Shown here: positions 11,436 through 23,471 of the stretch, piece after piece
Layout of the letters: each line of letters opens with the position of its first letter
Numbering within the stretch: the stretch's first letter is position 1
NCBI RefSeq assembly: GCF_001194135.2
Contig: NC_068981.1
Span: forward strand, 59,151,382 to 59,187,069
Reading direction: 5' to 3'
DNA: 35,688 bases
Source: Octopus bimaculoides
Taxonomy: Eukaryota
Made by a program: the position numbers and the translations under genes
Notes under the pieces: model-generated
What the model was told of the DNA's origin: nothing
Databases searched by the model: none
Seen by the model: the letters and a program-made list of their open reading frames with translations, nothing else

Positions 11436-11466
11436 ATAAAGTGTAGTATATTGCCACTTAAGTGTG
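11436..11466 (+). repeat. Start of a young interspersed repeat, truncated by a gap
   Basis: 31 bp identical to 29358-29388. Confidence 0.7.
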
Positions 11467-13341
11467 NNNNNNNNNNNNNNNNNNNNNNNNNNNNNNNNNN
11501 NNNNNNNNNNNNNNNNNNNNNNNNNNNNNNNNNNNNNNNNNNNNNNNNNNNNNNNNNNNNNNNNNNNNNNNNNNNNNNNNNNNNNNNNNNNNNNNNNNNN
11601 NNNNNNNNNNNNNNNNNNNNNNNNNNNNNNNNNNNNNNNNNNNNNNNNNNNNNNNNNNNNNNNNNNNNNNNNNNNNNNNNNNNNNNNNNNNNNNNNNNNN
11701 NNNNNNNNNNNNNNNNNNNNNNNNNNNNNNNNNNNNNNNNNNNNNNNNNNNNNNNNNNNNNNNNNNNNNNNNNNNNNNNNNNNNNNNNNNNNNNNNNNNN
11801 NNNNNNNNNNNNNNNNNNNNNNNNNNNNNNNNNNNNNNNNNNNNNNNNNNNNNNNNNNNNNNNNNNNNNNNNNNNNNNNNNNNNNNNNNNNNNNNNNNNN
11901 NNNNNNNNNNNNNNNNNNNNNNNNNNNNNNNNNNNNNNNNNNNNNNNNNNNNNNNNNNNNNNNNNNNNNNNNNNNNNNNNNNNNNNNNNNNNNNNNNNNN
12001 NNNNNNNNNNNNNNNNNNNNNNNNNNNNNNNNNNNNNNNNNNNNNNNNNNNNNNNNNNNNNNNNNNNNNNNNNNNNNNNNNNNNNNNNNNNNNNNNNNNN
12101 NNNNNNNNNNNNNNNNNNNNNNNNNNNNNNNNNNNNNNNNNNNNNNNNNNNNNNNNNNNNNNNNNNNNNNNNNNNNNNNNNNNNNNNNNNNNNNNNNNNN
12201 NNNNNNNNNNNNNNNNNNNNNNNNNNNNNNNNNNNNNNNNNNNNNACACACAGACACACACACACACACAGAGGATTCTATGAAGATTCACGCGCGCGCG
12301 CACACACACACACAAGCACACACACACACGCACGCACGCATCCCACAGATGTATATCTATGCGTGTGTGTATGGGTGTATTTGTGTATGTGTTATAAAAC
12401 ACGACTACGCGTTTAATATTTTTAGAATTTTTTCATATTTCCTCATCTGTCCCTTATGTTTAGATTGAAACAATAGTATTCCTAAATACATCACTTCATA
12501 ACGTTGTGAAGCTTTTCAGGTCTTATCATGAAAATGATGTAACAGTACTAATGATGTGTTGTTTGCACGCTTTGGTGTATGTCGATCGGAGCATAAGTTT
12601 CTTCAGCTTTTTCTGAAATTTTGACGTGCATATTCAAATGTTTACTACTTTTTACTGAATGAAATAAGGGAATATAAAGTCAAATATTGCATGCATTTCC
12701 GGTTGTTTGAGAGTGTATATAAAAATTGCGTAGTTTGTAACTCAGGTCATATAATAATACTTACAGACATCAACGGTATAGCATATAATCACATTTACTT
12801 GATCTTTCATCTTTCTGTGGTTAATGAGTCGATATATCAGTCTTAAAATCTATGGCCTTCAGTGGAGTCAAAAGAAATCATTACCTATCAATTCCTAAGT
12901 TAAAGATGCTTATGCATAGCCTGCCAAATGTTACATTTTATGTGAAGTTAAAGATTAATACAGTCAGTGGTAAAATTGCAACGTTGCACATTAGTTAATC
13001 TGAATCACTTCAAGAAAATCAAGGGTCGATAATGTTGGGCTTTGATCCTTGTTGATGAAAGTGCCTAGACAGAACACTAGTAAATTGCAGATACTTTTAA
13101 TAGAAAATTTGGTATCTTCTCCCAATATATAAATGAAATGAAATGTTGAACGATTAAATGCCTCGATCAATGATTCAACGAAACATCTGCAAAGATTTTG
13201 AATACACAAACTATAAGCTAGGTGAAAGATTTAATCTATCGCTTGTTTTAACGTCACCACATGGTCATTGGGTACCTTTATTGCAGTGCAACCTGATGCA
13301 AGCAATAAGGCCAAGTGTTAAATCTAAGGATAACTTCCTAC

Positions 13342-13568
13342 CTTCATCTTAACAGGCACACAAAACCAGAAAGTGTCGTTATTGCTGTCCTTGTTTCCCT
13401 GACTGTGACATTTAAACATGAACATTACAAACACCCTATGCTGTTTCATTCCACCGTCGAAATGCATAACTGAAAGCACAATTACAGAATGTTGCTGGTT
13501 TTAGTTGCCTATAAACGGTGTCATGAAGTTTGCTTCAACGAAGTCAGTATCATTTAATTTAGTGCCAT
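13342..13568 (-). CDS. Candidate exon (acceptor at 13568 or 13469, donor at 13342), unidentified
   Basis: Acceptors actttctttctacag and attgtgctttcag, donor AAG|gtagga; one frame spans the region with a single in-frame TAA at 13501-13503; the phase-0 end fits exon 9986-10146. Confidence 0.25.
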
Positions 13569-14748
13569 CTGTAGAAAGAAAGTCATATTATGAGTGACTT
13601 AAAGGAAAATATTTGTTAGACTTCTTTCATTAGAAGTGGGAATGATCTGACAAATTCAATGAAGCGGGAGTAGAAAATAGTGACATAAAGGGACAAAATT
13701 GGGAAGGATATTATTAACCATTTATTTAAAAAAAAAATTTCCTTTGTTGATTGGAACCTAAGTTTATATATCATCTTTGATGGGTACAATATCTCATATT
13801 GAAATACGAAATAAAAGGCTTTCTCTTTAAAGAAAAACATGTTTCCCATTCATCTTTAGTATTATCAACGACGAGTAATTTTAACTTGAAGTATGTTCGG
13901 ATTGCGTAATTCTCGTTTCCATAATCAAAAGTGAGATTTCAAAGAACTGTCCGCGAAAGCAAAGAAAGTGTCCATGAAAATAAGATAATTATTTTTCTTT
14001 GCTTTGCAATTAGATTTTTAGTTTTGTTATTGGTTTGTCCCTTTCATTTTCTGATATGGAGAATATCCTTAGTGGGGGAAAAAATTGTATGAGGGAACTT
14101 TGGAAGTTAAAAATATAAAGAATGGTCTTGAAAGTATGAGCAGGATTGGAGAGGTGTATCGTCAACATAAGTATGCATAAAGGTTCATGTGTTAAATAGA
14201 TAGGAGATTGTAAATTAAGAAAAGAAGGAAATAAGAGACAAAAATTAATCATGCAGAAATGGTACAGCTATTAGAAATAACGCTTCGAATTCTGCTTCTT
14301 AACTCTTGACTTAACACATAGAAAACAATTTCTCTCTCATTGATTCTGAAAGAAATATTCAAATTATCTGAGCAGCTGACTCCCTATACGAGTACCTGAA
14401 TGTTCTTCTCCATTCGAAACTGCTATATCATACCTACTGTGTTTGCAACTGGGGAAGGTACTTTTTTTCTATTTTTTTTCTTGTTTGATTAATATTCCTT
14501 GCGTTGGATGGTATAAACATACTCAATACCAATTGTTTTTCTTCTTTTTTTTTACATTTTTCTCTAGTGAGTCATAACTGTAGATGCCATTGTATAAATG
14601 TAGCATTAGTGACAAACTAATGTCGCATAAAAAAAGGTGTGGCATTAATAACATTTGGGAAAAGCTGCTAATCATACACTATATATCCTTGATTCATTTG
14701 TAACTGAACAGACATATTCAATCGCAGCTTGTGGGTTTAAGTGCTTAT

Positions 14749-15270
14749 TCTTTTACTCTATTTTACTTGTTTTAGTCATTTGACTGCGGCCATGCTGGAG
14801 CACCGCCTATAGTCGAGCAAATCGACCCCAGGACTTCTTCTTTGTAAGCTTAGTACTTATTGTATCAGTCTCTTTTTGCCGAATCGCTAAGTTACAGGGA
14901 CGTAAACACACCAGCATCGGTTGTCAAGCGATGGTGGGGACACAAACACAGACACACAAACACACACACATACATACATACATATATATAAATAATATAA
15001 ANNNNNNNNNNNNNNNNNNNNNNNNNNNNNNNNNNNNNNNNNNNNNNNNNNNNNNNNNNNNNNNNNNNNNNNNNNNNNNNNNNNNNNNNNNNNNNNNNNN
15101 NNNNNNNNNNNNNNNNNNNNNNNNNNNNNNNNNNNNNNNNNNNNNNNNNNNATATATACGACGGGCTTCTTTCAGTTTCCGTCTACCAAATCCACTCACA
15201 AGGCATTGGTCGGCTCGAGGCTATAGTAGAAGACACCTGCCCAAAGTGCCACGCAGTGGGACTGAACCCG
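14749..15270 (-). mobile_element. SINE family A, well conserved, 5'-truncated, internal microsatellite spans a gap
   Basis: gactgcggccatgctggagcaccgcc..gtcgagcaaatcgaccccagg..gacgtaaacacaccagcatcggttgtcaagc, then gacgggcttctttcagtttccgtctaccaaatccactcacaagg..gccacgcagtgggactgaacccg, stopping within the B box. Confidence 0.92.
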
Positions 15271-16000
15271 ATTTTTATTTATTTATTTTTTTTGTACAAT
15301 AAGAATTTTATTGGTATATCCTGCTCTGCTCTTCCAATGCAAAATCAGTAATTATAATAGCTTTCGAAACATGGTGTAATTACCAATGTACAGCACCAAT
15401 GCGAAGTTCCAGCATAGCCTTGACCAGGTAATTAGAATAAATTTAAGAACTAAAGAGATGGGCTTTTTTTGTCGATGTGGGCGTCACTCTCAAATTTTCG
15501 GGAATCATACCCATATGTAACGTTTTGCAGTTGTGTAAAATATTGTGGAGTTGTAAGAAATATCTTCAAGAATTGTTTCCTACGGAGCCCAATCATAACC
15601 CATAATATGTTATTGTTTTCACTTTTCTGTACTTAGTTCATATATATATTAATATACACTTAGTTAATGTAATGTTTTTGCTGTTGTGTTCAGCAGATAC
15701 TTTCTACACGACGCTAAAAGGAAATCTAGATTGATCATAAACCTTTTCATCCGTTGTCTCTTTATGATAGTTCGAATCACTATTTCTGTAGAAGGTTCCA
15801 CTTGATATCAGTATCTTGTGGGTTTTAATATCAATGGAACAGATTTCTTTTATAGTTCAGGTAAGTAACCTAATTGTTTTCATTAGTTAGAGCATTGCAA
15901 ACGCCCTGTGGGTTATCCTGTTCCAAGAGAAAAGCTTTGACTGTCATATATACAAAAAAACTTTGATCATTCTGACTTTGTTCTCAGCAGCTTTATAATC

Positions 16001-16001
<1 letters not shown>

Positions 16002-16031
<30 letters not shown>

Positions 16032-16147
16032 TGTATGTATGTATGTATGTATGTATGTATGTATGCGTGCATGCATGTATGTATGTATGTATGTATGTAT
16101 GTTTGTATGTGTGTGTGTGAGTGTGTGTGTGTATGTGTGTGTGTGTA
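16002..16147. repeat. (TATG)n then (TG)n microsatellite
   Basis: Read directly. Confidence 0.95.
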
Positions 16148-16583
16148 TAAGGGGCACGGACGAAAAACAAAGAAATTTACAGGAAAAACGAAAAGGCAGC
16201 ACGGACAATCACAGGTATATGCGACAACAGATACCATAGAAATGGCTTTTACGTGACTTTGGGAAGAGCGATGGCTTGTTCACATCGACTCTCTTCGATC
16301 ACATGTGAAGGAATATGTTTGTTCTATTTGCCAAGCTTATTTGTTCTAGAAATGGGATCTTATATTTTACTATAAACATAAAGTACTTTTCTTGTAACGA
16401 AAAGAGATTAAGTACTATATTTTTCTTAAGTGCATATTTATAGAATTTATATAAATTCATTTCCTGTTTTACTGCTGTCTCTTCCAGGTTTTTTACTTCA
16501 TTTCTTTGACAATTTTTGCATTGTAAAATAAGATTTAATCTCAGCCTTTTGCACACTCTCAACATTATTTTCGTTCTAGCTGC

Positions 16584-16585
<2 letters not shown>

Positions 16586-16644
<59 letters not shown>
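16586..16644. repeat. (CA)n microsatellite running into a gap
   Basis: Read directly. Confidence 0.95.
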
Positions 16645-17315
16645 NNNNNNNNNNNNNNNNNNNNNNNNNNNNNNNNNNNNNNNNNNNNNNNNNNNNNNNN
16701 NNNNNNNNNNNNNNNNNNNNNNNNNNNNNNNNNNNNNNNNNNNNNNNNNNNNNNNNNNNNNNNNNNNNNNNNNNNNNNNNNNNNNNNNNNNNNNNNNNNN
16801 NNNNNNNNNNNNNNNNNNNNNNNNNNNNNNNNNNNNNNNNNNNNNNNNNNNNNNNNNNNNNNNNNNNNNNNNNNNNNNNNNNNNNNNNNNNNNNNNNNNN
16901 NNNNNNNNNNNNNNNNNNNNNNNNNNNNNNNNNNNNNNNNNNNNNNNNNNNNNNNNNNNNNNNNNNNNNNNNNNNNNNNNNNNNNNNNNNNNNNNNNNNN
17001 NNNNNNNNNNNNNNNNNNNNNNNNNNNNNNNNNNNNNNNNNNNNNNNNNNNNNNNNNNNNNNNNNNNNNNNNNNNNNNNNNNNNNNNNNNNNNNNNNNNN
17101 NNNNNNNNNNNNNNNNNNNNNNNNNNNNNNNNNNNNNNNNNNNNNNNNNNNNNNNNNNNNNNNNNNNNNNNNNNNNNNNNNNNNNNNNNNNNNNNNNNNN
17201 NNNNNNNNNNNNNNNNNNNNNNNNNNNNNNNNNNNNNNNNNNNNNNNNNNNNNNNNNNNNNNNNNNNNNNNNNNNNNNNNNNNNNNNNNNNNNNNNNNNN
17301 NNNNNNNNNNNNNNN

Positions 17316-17715
17316 GAACTGATCTTGGAGAACTGTCATTGAACAATTGACGAACTTGTTGATATGATTGGTTTGTTCTGGAGCTGCTGCCAACGAAATT
17401 TGAGCGAGAAATTATGAATGAAGAAAGTTGAAGCAAAATTTGTGCCTCGCTTGCTCACGGAAGATCAAAGGCAGTCACGATTGAATGCATATCGTGAACT
17501 GAAAGAATATTTGAAAGTTGATCTGGGCCTCTTTTCGAAGGTCATCACTCTTGATGAAAGCTGGTGCTACGGAATTTGCAGATGTGGAAGAGGTGAAGAA
17601 AAAAACGACGGAGGCGTTAAAAGGCATCACTTCGCAAGAGTTCCATCACTGCTTCGATCAGTGGAAAACGCGTCTTTGAGCAATGCATTGCTTCAAATGG
17701 AGAATACTTAGAGAT
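17316..17715 (+). mobile_element. Mariner-family transposase remnant, internally deleted pseudogene
   Basis: TIDELVDMIG..MKKVEAKFVPRLLTEDQRQSR..KVITLDESWCYG (FVPRLLT linker and first catalytic D motif) joins directly to the C-terminal FADVEEVKKKTTEALKGI..CFDQWKTR..CIASNGEY; contains frameshifts and stops. Confidence 0.9.
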
Positions 17716-17774
17716 CGTTTCCGAGTCATATAAACTTATAGTGTCGGTTTTCTGGTTTCTCTGGCGTATATACT

Positions 17775-17959
17775 CCCTACCACTGGACGTCACGCGAGTC
17801 TGTCGCAGGAAAATTCATTTTTGAAAGCTGATTAGAGTGGAGCAACGCGAAATGAAGTGTTTTGCTGAAGGTCGCAAAGCACCACACGGTCTAGGAATCG
17901 AAAAGACACTCTTACGATCACCAGCTCAACACCTTAACCATTAAGCCATGTGCCTCCAC
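17775..17959 (-). mobile_element. SINE family C (tRNA head with CORE-like central domain)
   Basis: Minus strand gtggaggcacatggcttaatggttaagg (A box)..ttcgattcc (B-box-like)..gcgaccttcagcaaaacacttcatttcgcgttgctccact resembles the CORE-SINE motif gtgtccttgagcaagacactt. Confidence 0.75.
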
Positions 17960-19470
17960 TACACACACACACACACACACACTATAGTGAAGAAAAATGT
18001 ACTTATTGATTAATTAGAATTATTCAACTGTTATTAAAATAAAACAATTATTAAAATGCCAATTTTATTATTTTGATAATATGTATATATATATGATTGC
18101 TTCATCTTGACAGATAATAACCGTCCCACCAACACAGACATCACACTCCATCACAAGTTGTAAGAGGCAGTTGGTATATTATCAAAATGAGGTTTTCAGG
18201 TTTCTGTTCTTATTGAACTTTGAATCACACACTTGAATCACAAAGCTAGTTTTCTTTCATTGGGGCATGTCTGTCTCTCTAGCTCTGTACCGTTCTATTC
18301 AATTGTTTTCATTAAAAATAAGTGATTATAAAGTTTTACTCGGAGATAATTTGAGAATGTTTGTAGCAGTTTTATACCTCTATCATATAAACATTACTGT
18401 AAATTTTTATTTCGTTATAGACAAATGTGGATCTCTAAATAATGAAAGATTTGGATTGTTTTGTGTATCTAAATCGACACTTTTTTTCAACAACTTACTT
18501 CGTTTTATCTTCGTCTCTCCTCCTCTCCTCTTTCTCTGTCTCAGAAATTTGGTTCATAACCCTTTGCATTTAAAACATTTTGTCGTTTTCAGCACATTCT
18601 GTCTTTCACTCTGTTACCTTACAACGCCGTTTATCTCTTTCTTTCGCACATCCCTCTCTTTCTCGTTCTCTACTGACTCTATTCAATTGGTTTCATTACA
18701 AATAAGTGATTAGAAAAGTCTTCTTTGAGATACTTTGAAGAAATATTGTAAAAGTTTTACAATATATCTATTTATCATATGAAAATTTACTGTGATGATA
18801 TCATCTCATACCCAAAAGAGACAATATATACACATATACATAAACACACACTCACACGCACCCCCATACTCACACACACACACAAGCATATGTGCTCATG
18901 AGACTTTAAATATGGTCGAGCTGAGTAAAACTGTTATTGAAAATATATGTAACCTCTACCAAATATGTTGAGTGCCACTTTCGTTTGTTCACTCACTCGT
19001 ACAGAGTCACGCATGCAACCATACATACTAACACGCATGTTCATGACATTTCAACATTGATGAAGTCTGTTGGATAATATAATGCAAACATTAAAAAGCA
19101 AATAAAATAAAGCTGAACAAAATGAAATGATGTGCAATGGTATAGAGAAATAGTTATAACATATGTAGCCAAGGAAAAATATTCCAGGCAAGAATCCTTC
19201 TCGAATTTAAGAGACGTAGACGCAGCAAGTTGATAATAAAATACACAAATACTATATAGAAAAAAATTAAAACAGACGTAAATGAGCAACGCATAATGAA
19301 TTTGGTATGGGATGGAGTGAAAGAGAGTTTGTATTAAAAAAAAAATGAATAATGCTTGAGGAAGATATAGTTAAAGTGTAAACTGTGGTGGGAGATGTTA
19401 GCTAACCTTTAGCACACGACTTAATGACTTAACTGAAAATTTATATATAAGATCAGTCTGAATACAATAT

Positions 19471-19483
19471 ACACACACACACG

Positions 19484-19534
<51 letters not shown>
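19471..19534. repeat. (CA)n microsatellite
   Basis: Read directly. Confidence 0.95.
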
Positions 19535-19535
<1 letters not shown>

Positions 19536-19859
19536 AGGTCATTCCATAAATAATGTCCGGACTTCTACATTTTCAGTTTGTAAATGCTTTACAAATGTCA
19601 TTAGACATTTTAGAATGTCTAATGACATCAAATAATATTTATATGCATTTGGACATACTTAAACTAATTCAGTTTCATTTTGCAGGATAATCTAATTGCA
19701 ATTTCACTAATTATAGCTCGAGTTTAAAAATGGGTACCCTGCAGCTGAAGTTATTTGAAATATTCACTCAAATTATAGAAAAGTGTGTCTGAATGAAAGA
19801 ACTTACAGCATAATGTACTATGAGATCAAGGGAGAATTTGTGTTTTATCTTATTATATT

Positions 19860-20372
19860 CTTTCAGTATATGGATTAAAAAAATCACGCAATACGAACCT
19901 TAATGGCTTTTTAGACGTTAATTTATATCTAGAAACTAGCATTTTAAAATCTTCCTCTAAACCTTATATGAAAAACTATTCTGTATTGATAAAAATGACT
20001 ATCAACTGTCTAGCATTCTTGAGAATGCTCCTTATATAAGTAAGCAAATTTTTTCCTTGTCAGTAGATGAAGCGGCTTTCAATACAGTCTTGAATTACTC
20101 TAACGATCTCCTTAAGAACAACAGGTTTTCAGAGCAGACCTAATATGTGAACATTCAAAATAACTGCGAGATCTTGCAAGGATTGGCCCGCAATACTTTT
20201 CTAGTTCAAACCAGAAAGGTTTTGTGGTTCAATCCGGCATTCAGTATGAATGTAAGGACTAATGTAGCCAAGGAAATCTTCAACTTACTGTCAAGGCATA
20301 TTCCCAATGCTATTACAAGATATATAACAGAAGCACCCTGAGATTTAGATATTCTTGTTGCGAGAACTTAAC
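19860..20372 (+). mobile_element. Penelope-like retroelement remnant (RT C-terminus/thumb and linker)
   Basis: Across frameshifts: FLDVNLYLET (from 19908), KPYMK, SILENAP, RKVLWFNPAFSMNVRTNVAKEIFNLLSRHIP, YYKIYNRSTL..YSCCEN; matches the PLE motif WFNPPFSxNVxTNIG. Confidence 0.85.
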
Positions 20373-20572
20373 CTTGTTGGTAAAACAGCACTATGTGAAA
20401 AGACTCTGAAGCCAATAAAAATGAAATATCTGAAATATAATTGTGTAGACCCTAGCAACTTCCTACTTAATGTTAAAAGGAGTTCTGTATAGAACTTAAT
20501 GCTAAAAGGAGTTATGTATAGGACCATTTCATACAAAACCCATACAAAATGGTATCTTAGCGTGTTTTCTCT

Positions 20573-20791
20573 TATGTATGTATGTATGTATGTATGTAGG
20601 TATGTATGTATGTATGTATGTATGTATGTATGTATGTATGTATGTATGCATGTATGTGTGCGTATGCATGCATGCATGTATGTATGTATGTATACATATA
20701 TGTATGTAGGTATATAGGTAGGTAGTAGGTATTTTCCTACCTATCTTTCGCTGGCGGCGGAGGTAAATATAAATATAATATATATATACAA

Positions 20792-20843
<52 letters not shown>

Positions 20844-20860
20844 NNNNNNNNNNNNNNNNN

Positions 20861-20915
<55 letters not shown>
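20573..20915. repeat. Compound (TATG)n, (TA)n, (TG)n microsatellite with a small gap
   Basis: Read directly. Confidence 0.93.
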
Positions 20916-20918
<3 letters not shown>

Positions 20919-21149
20919 TGTGTGCGTGCGTGTGAGTGTGTTTGAAATATACAAGTAATTCAGTGCACAGCCACACACTAACCGTGTACGTGCACACATA
21001 TTCACATCCATTACATATTATCTACTGAATCGACATGAAACATAAATAGTTTAATTAATTAGTCGGAAAAGGAAGTGCAGTAACACCTTCTTGTGTGACC
21101 TTTCAGGCTAGTGAGATCGTCGTAGTTGATATTAGGACAGAATTCGTGA

Positions 21150-21980
21150 GAGAACTCCTAAAAGCTATTGTCGAAGGAATAACTAAAAATTGCTTATATG
21201 CCTAGGTCTGGGAAGGGAACAGATGAGAAATAGTAGGGATGACCTAAAGAAAAGAGACAGCTGCATGAAATCGATTCAGGAAGGGTGGTATGAAACTTGT
21301 CGCTTCGTATGAACTGTAGTCGTTGAAGTAGATGTAGAAGTAGAAAAACAGTACTTCGTTGTGTTCGAGATCATAGAGATTTTTTGGGTAGTTTTATTTT
21401 TAATACAGTCTAGAAAGTCACTGCGTGTAGTAGCAACAAAGCCCCTTACATATGAATCGTTGTTTAAAATTAGTTTCCAGGTGATGGTGATTGCTATTTA
21501 TAAATGTTTCCGTCACCTTTGACATGTTGGGAGTGAGTTTGGTAGAGTGAAAGTAGTTGCTGGATCCCATCGTTTGTCTTTCTTGAGAATGGAGCATCTA
21601 AACTGGGATAGACATCTGTAATGAAGGAAATTTTGAAGAGCTCTACCGAGATAGGAGTTGCATATAAACAGCAATATTTAAGAATAATAGTTGATGGGCT
21701 GAAGTTAAAGGAAAATGTCTCGCATGTGGTGATTTTGGGAAGGAGTTGATGGCGAAGTGAAATAGAGAAAGAAAGTGCTATAGAAGTTTTAGATGTGTAC
21801 TTATGTGTGTGTTCAGTATGAAGATAGAAGCATAGTAAGTAGAAGATATGTCGGTGTACTGCTTGCACGACTATCTTTATTGAGGAGAGGTATACTGTAG
21901 GATTCAGTCAATTTTTATAAATACAGCCGCGAATTCATTGCTTTCCTGATGGCTTTAGTGCAAGCATTTCAGTGGAGAGG
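21150..21980 (-). mobile_element. Highly decayed CR1/Jockey-like LINE ORF2 (RT N-terminal region)
   Basis: Across frameshifts: ILKYCC..TPISVELFKISFITDVYPS / PILKKDKRWDPA / SSNY..LTPNMSKVTETFINS..HLETN / LNNDSYVRGF..RSDFL. Parallels the LINE consensus VLKxC..PILxxLF..FP..PIxKKG..DPSNYRPISL..SKVMExIIN..QYGFR..RST. Confidence 0.6.
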
Positions 21981-23220
21981 AAACGCTTTCTACTTGGTCA
22001 TTGTATGTACCCACCTCCAAATTTTGTAAACAGTGTTATCTCTGCAGTTGCAGCTGTTTTGTGTTTGTGAATTTATGTGTATATCGCGAACACATGCGAT
22101 CATGGTTACAAAGATGGTATCATTCAATTAGTATTTTAGAATAAGTCAAAAATCAAACAAATTTGCTGAGTTATCAGTGTCGAACCGTTGAAGCTTTATG
22201 AGAGGAGTCAAGAACAGGTCTTGTGAAGTAAAATGAGTTAATAATCTTCTGGCGATAGAGAAGGCGATATCTTGGTAAAGGTTATACAATATTACCTATT
22301 GATTAAATTCAACAAGCATTTTTCTCTCTTTAAGAGTACTCTTTACACAAGTATATTTTTGTAATATCATTTGTTGTATTAGCGTTTCAGAATATATTTT
22401 GTTTGACATTTTTATCACATTTACTGCAATATAATCAATACTTTTTTTGTTTTTCTTCGCAAACGCGTACGAAACATTATTTGCACATTAAAACTGGTAA
22501 TCAGTTTGTGAGATGGATGCATCTCTTTCTAAATATGGCTTGTACAATATATGAAATGAGGAGTGATAACAGCTACCAATTTAGCTAAAATCCACCATCT
22601 TGAAAAGGGGAATTTGGTGCAAAAGATTTTCTCCCTCTAATCATGCGTATAATGTTCCGTTAACATTCTTAGAATGTGTCATCTTCTATTATGACAAATA
22701 TCATATCTAAGATAAGGTCATGGCAGCAAATATTTTGTTAGCATTAATACTGCTGTATTTTCTTTCCAAACATCGAAAATATATCTTATCCAAACCAACC
22801 AAACAACAACTATAATATAATATAATATCGAAATCAGTTTAACCACCACGTCAATGTCTTTAGGTACTATTAACAGATACCGCTCTGTCATATGCACTGA
22901 AACCAAATCTTAGAGCTTAAAAATAACCCATAAGATGCTGTGTTTTCTTTCCTTTCCCCTCTGTCTTAGTGGCCTTTTAAAGGATCGTAGGTGTTGTCTT
23001 CCTCGTTGCCTTCTTCTGGTGTAAGAAAATAAATATAATTTCTTACATAGACCTAGTCGCACGCTTTTCTTGGGTGGCAAAAGTTTGATCAAATCTACCC
23101 AGTGTTTAAGTGAGACTAATTCTATCGACCATAGAATCACAAAAGAAAAAAAAAACAAAGAAAAAACAAAAACAGAAAAGAACAAAAGAATTTGAACTAT
23201 TAAATATAATGAACATTTAA

Positions 23221-23297
23221 AATAAGTACCTATCGAGCACTGGGATCGATGTAATTGCCCTCAAAATTTCAGGCCTTGGGCCTATAATAGAACAAAT
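23221..23297 (+). mobile_element. SINE family B, 3' fragment
   Basis: aataagtacc..gagcactgggatcgatgtaatt..aaaatttcaggccttgggccta matches the family B 3' half. Confidence 0.7.
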
Positions 23298-23391
23298 TAC
23301 ATTCCCGGTACTCATTTTATTAATCAAGAACTTTTTAAACTCAGAATATAAGAAATATTTAATTTGCCACCTCACAACACACACGCTCTTT

Positions 23392-23432
23392 CTCACTCAC
23401 TCAGTCACTCAGTCACTCACTCACTCACTCAC

Positions 23433-23470
<38 letters not shown>
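23392..23470. repeat. (CTCA)n/(TC)n microsatellite
   Basis: Read directly. Confidence 0.9.

Positions 23471-23471
<1 letters not shown>

Noticed and set aside
15792-16526. Plus-strand exon pair 15792-15860 (strong GTAAGT donor) and 16488-16526
   Set aside because: Phase-compatible but very short (KVPLDISILWVLISMEQISFIVQ-VFYFISLTIFAL*) with no recognisable homology; expected by chance in AT-rich DNA.
19717-19747. Cluster of XhoI/KpnI/PstI/PvuII sites suggesting vector polylinker contamination
   Set aside because: Spacing and order do not match a polylinker I recognise and the flanks are ordinary genomic DNA.
22966-23015. Minus-strand terminal exon EEGNEEDNTYDPLKGH*
   Set aside because: Good acceptor, but the nearest donors give implausibly short introns (31-37 nt) and no upstream exon could be linked.
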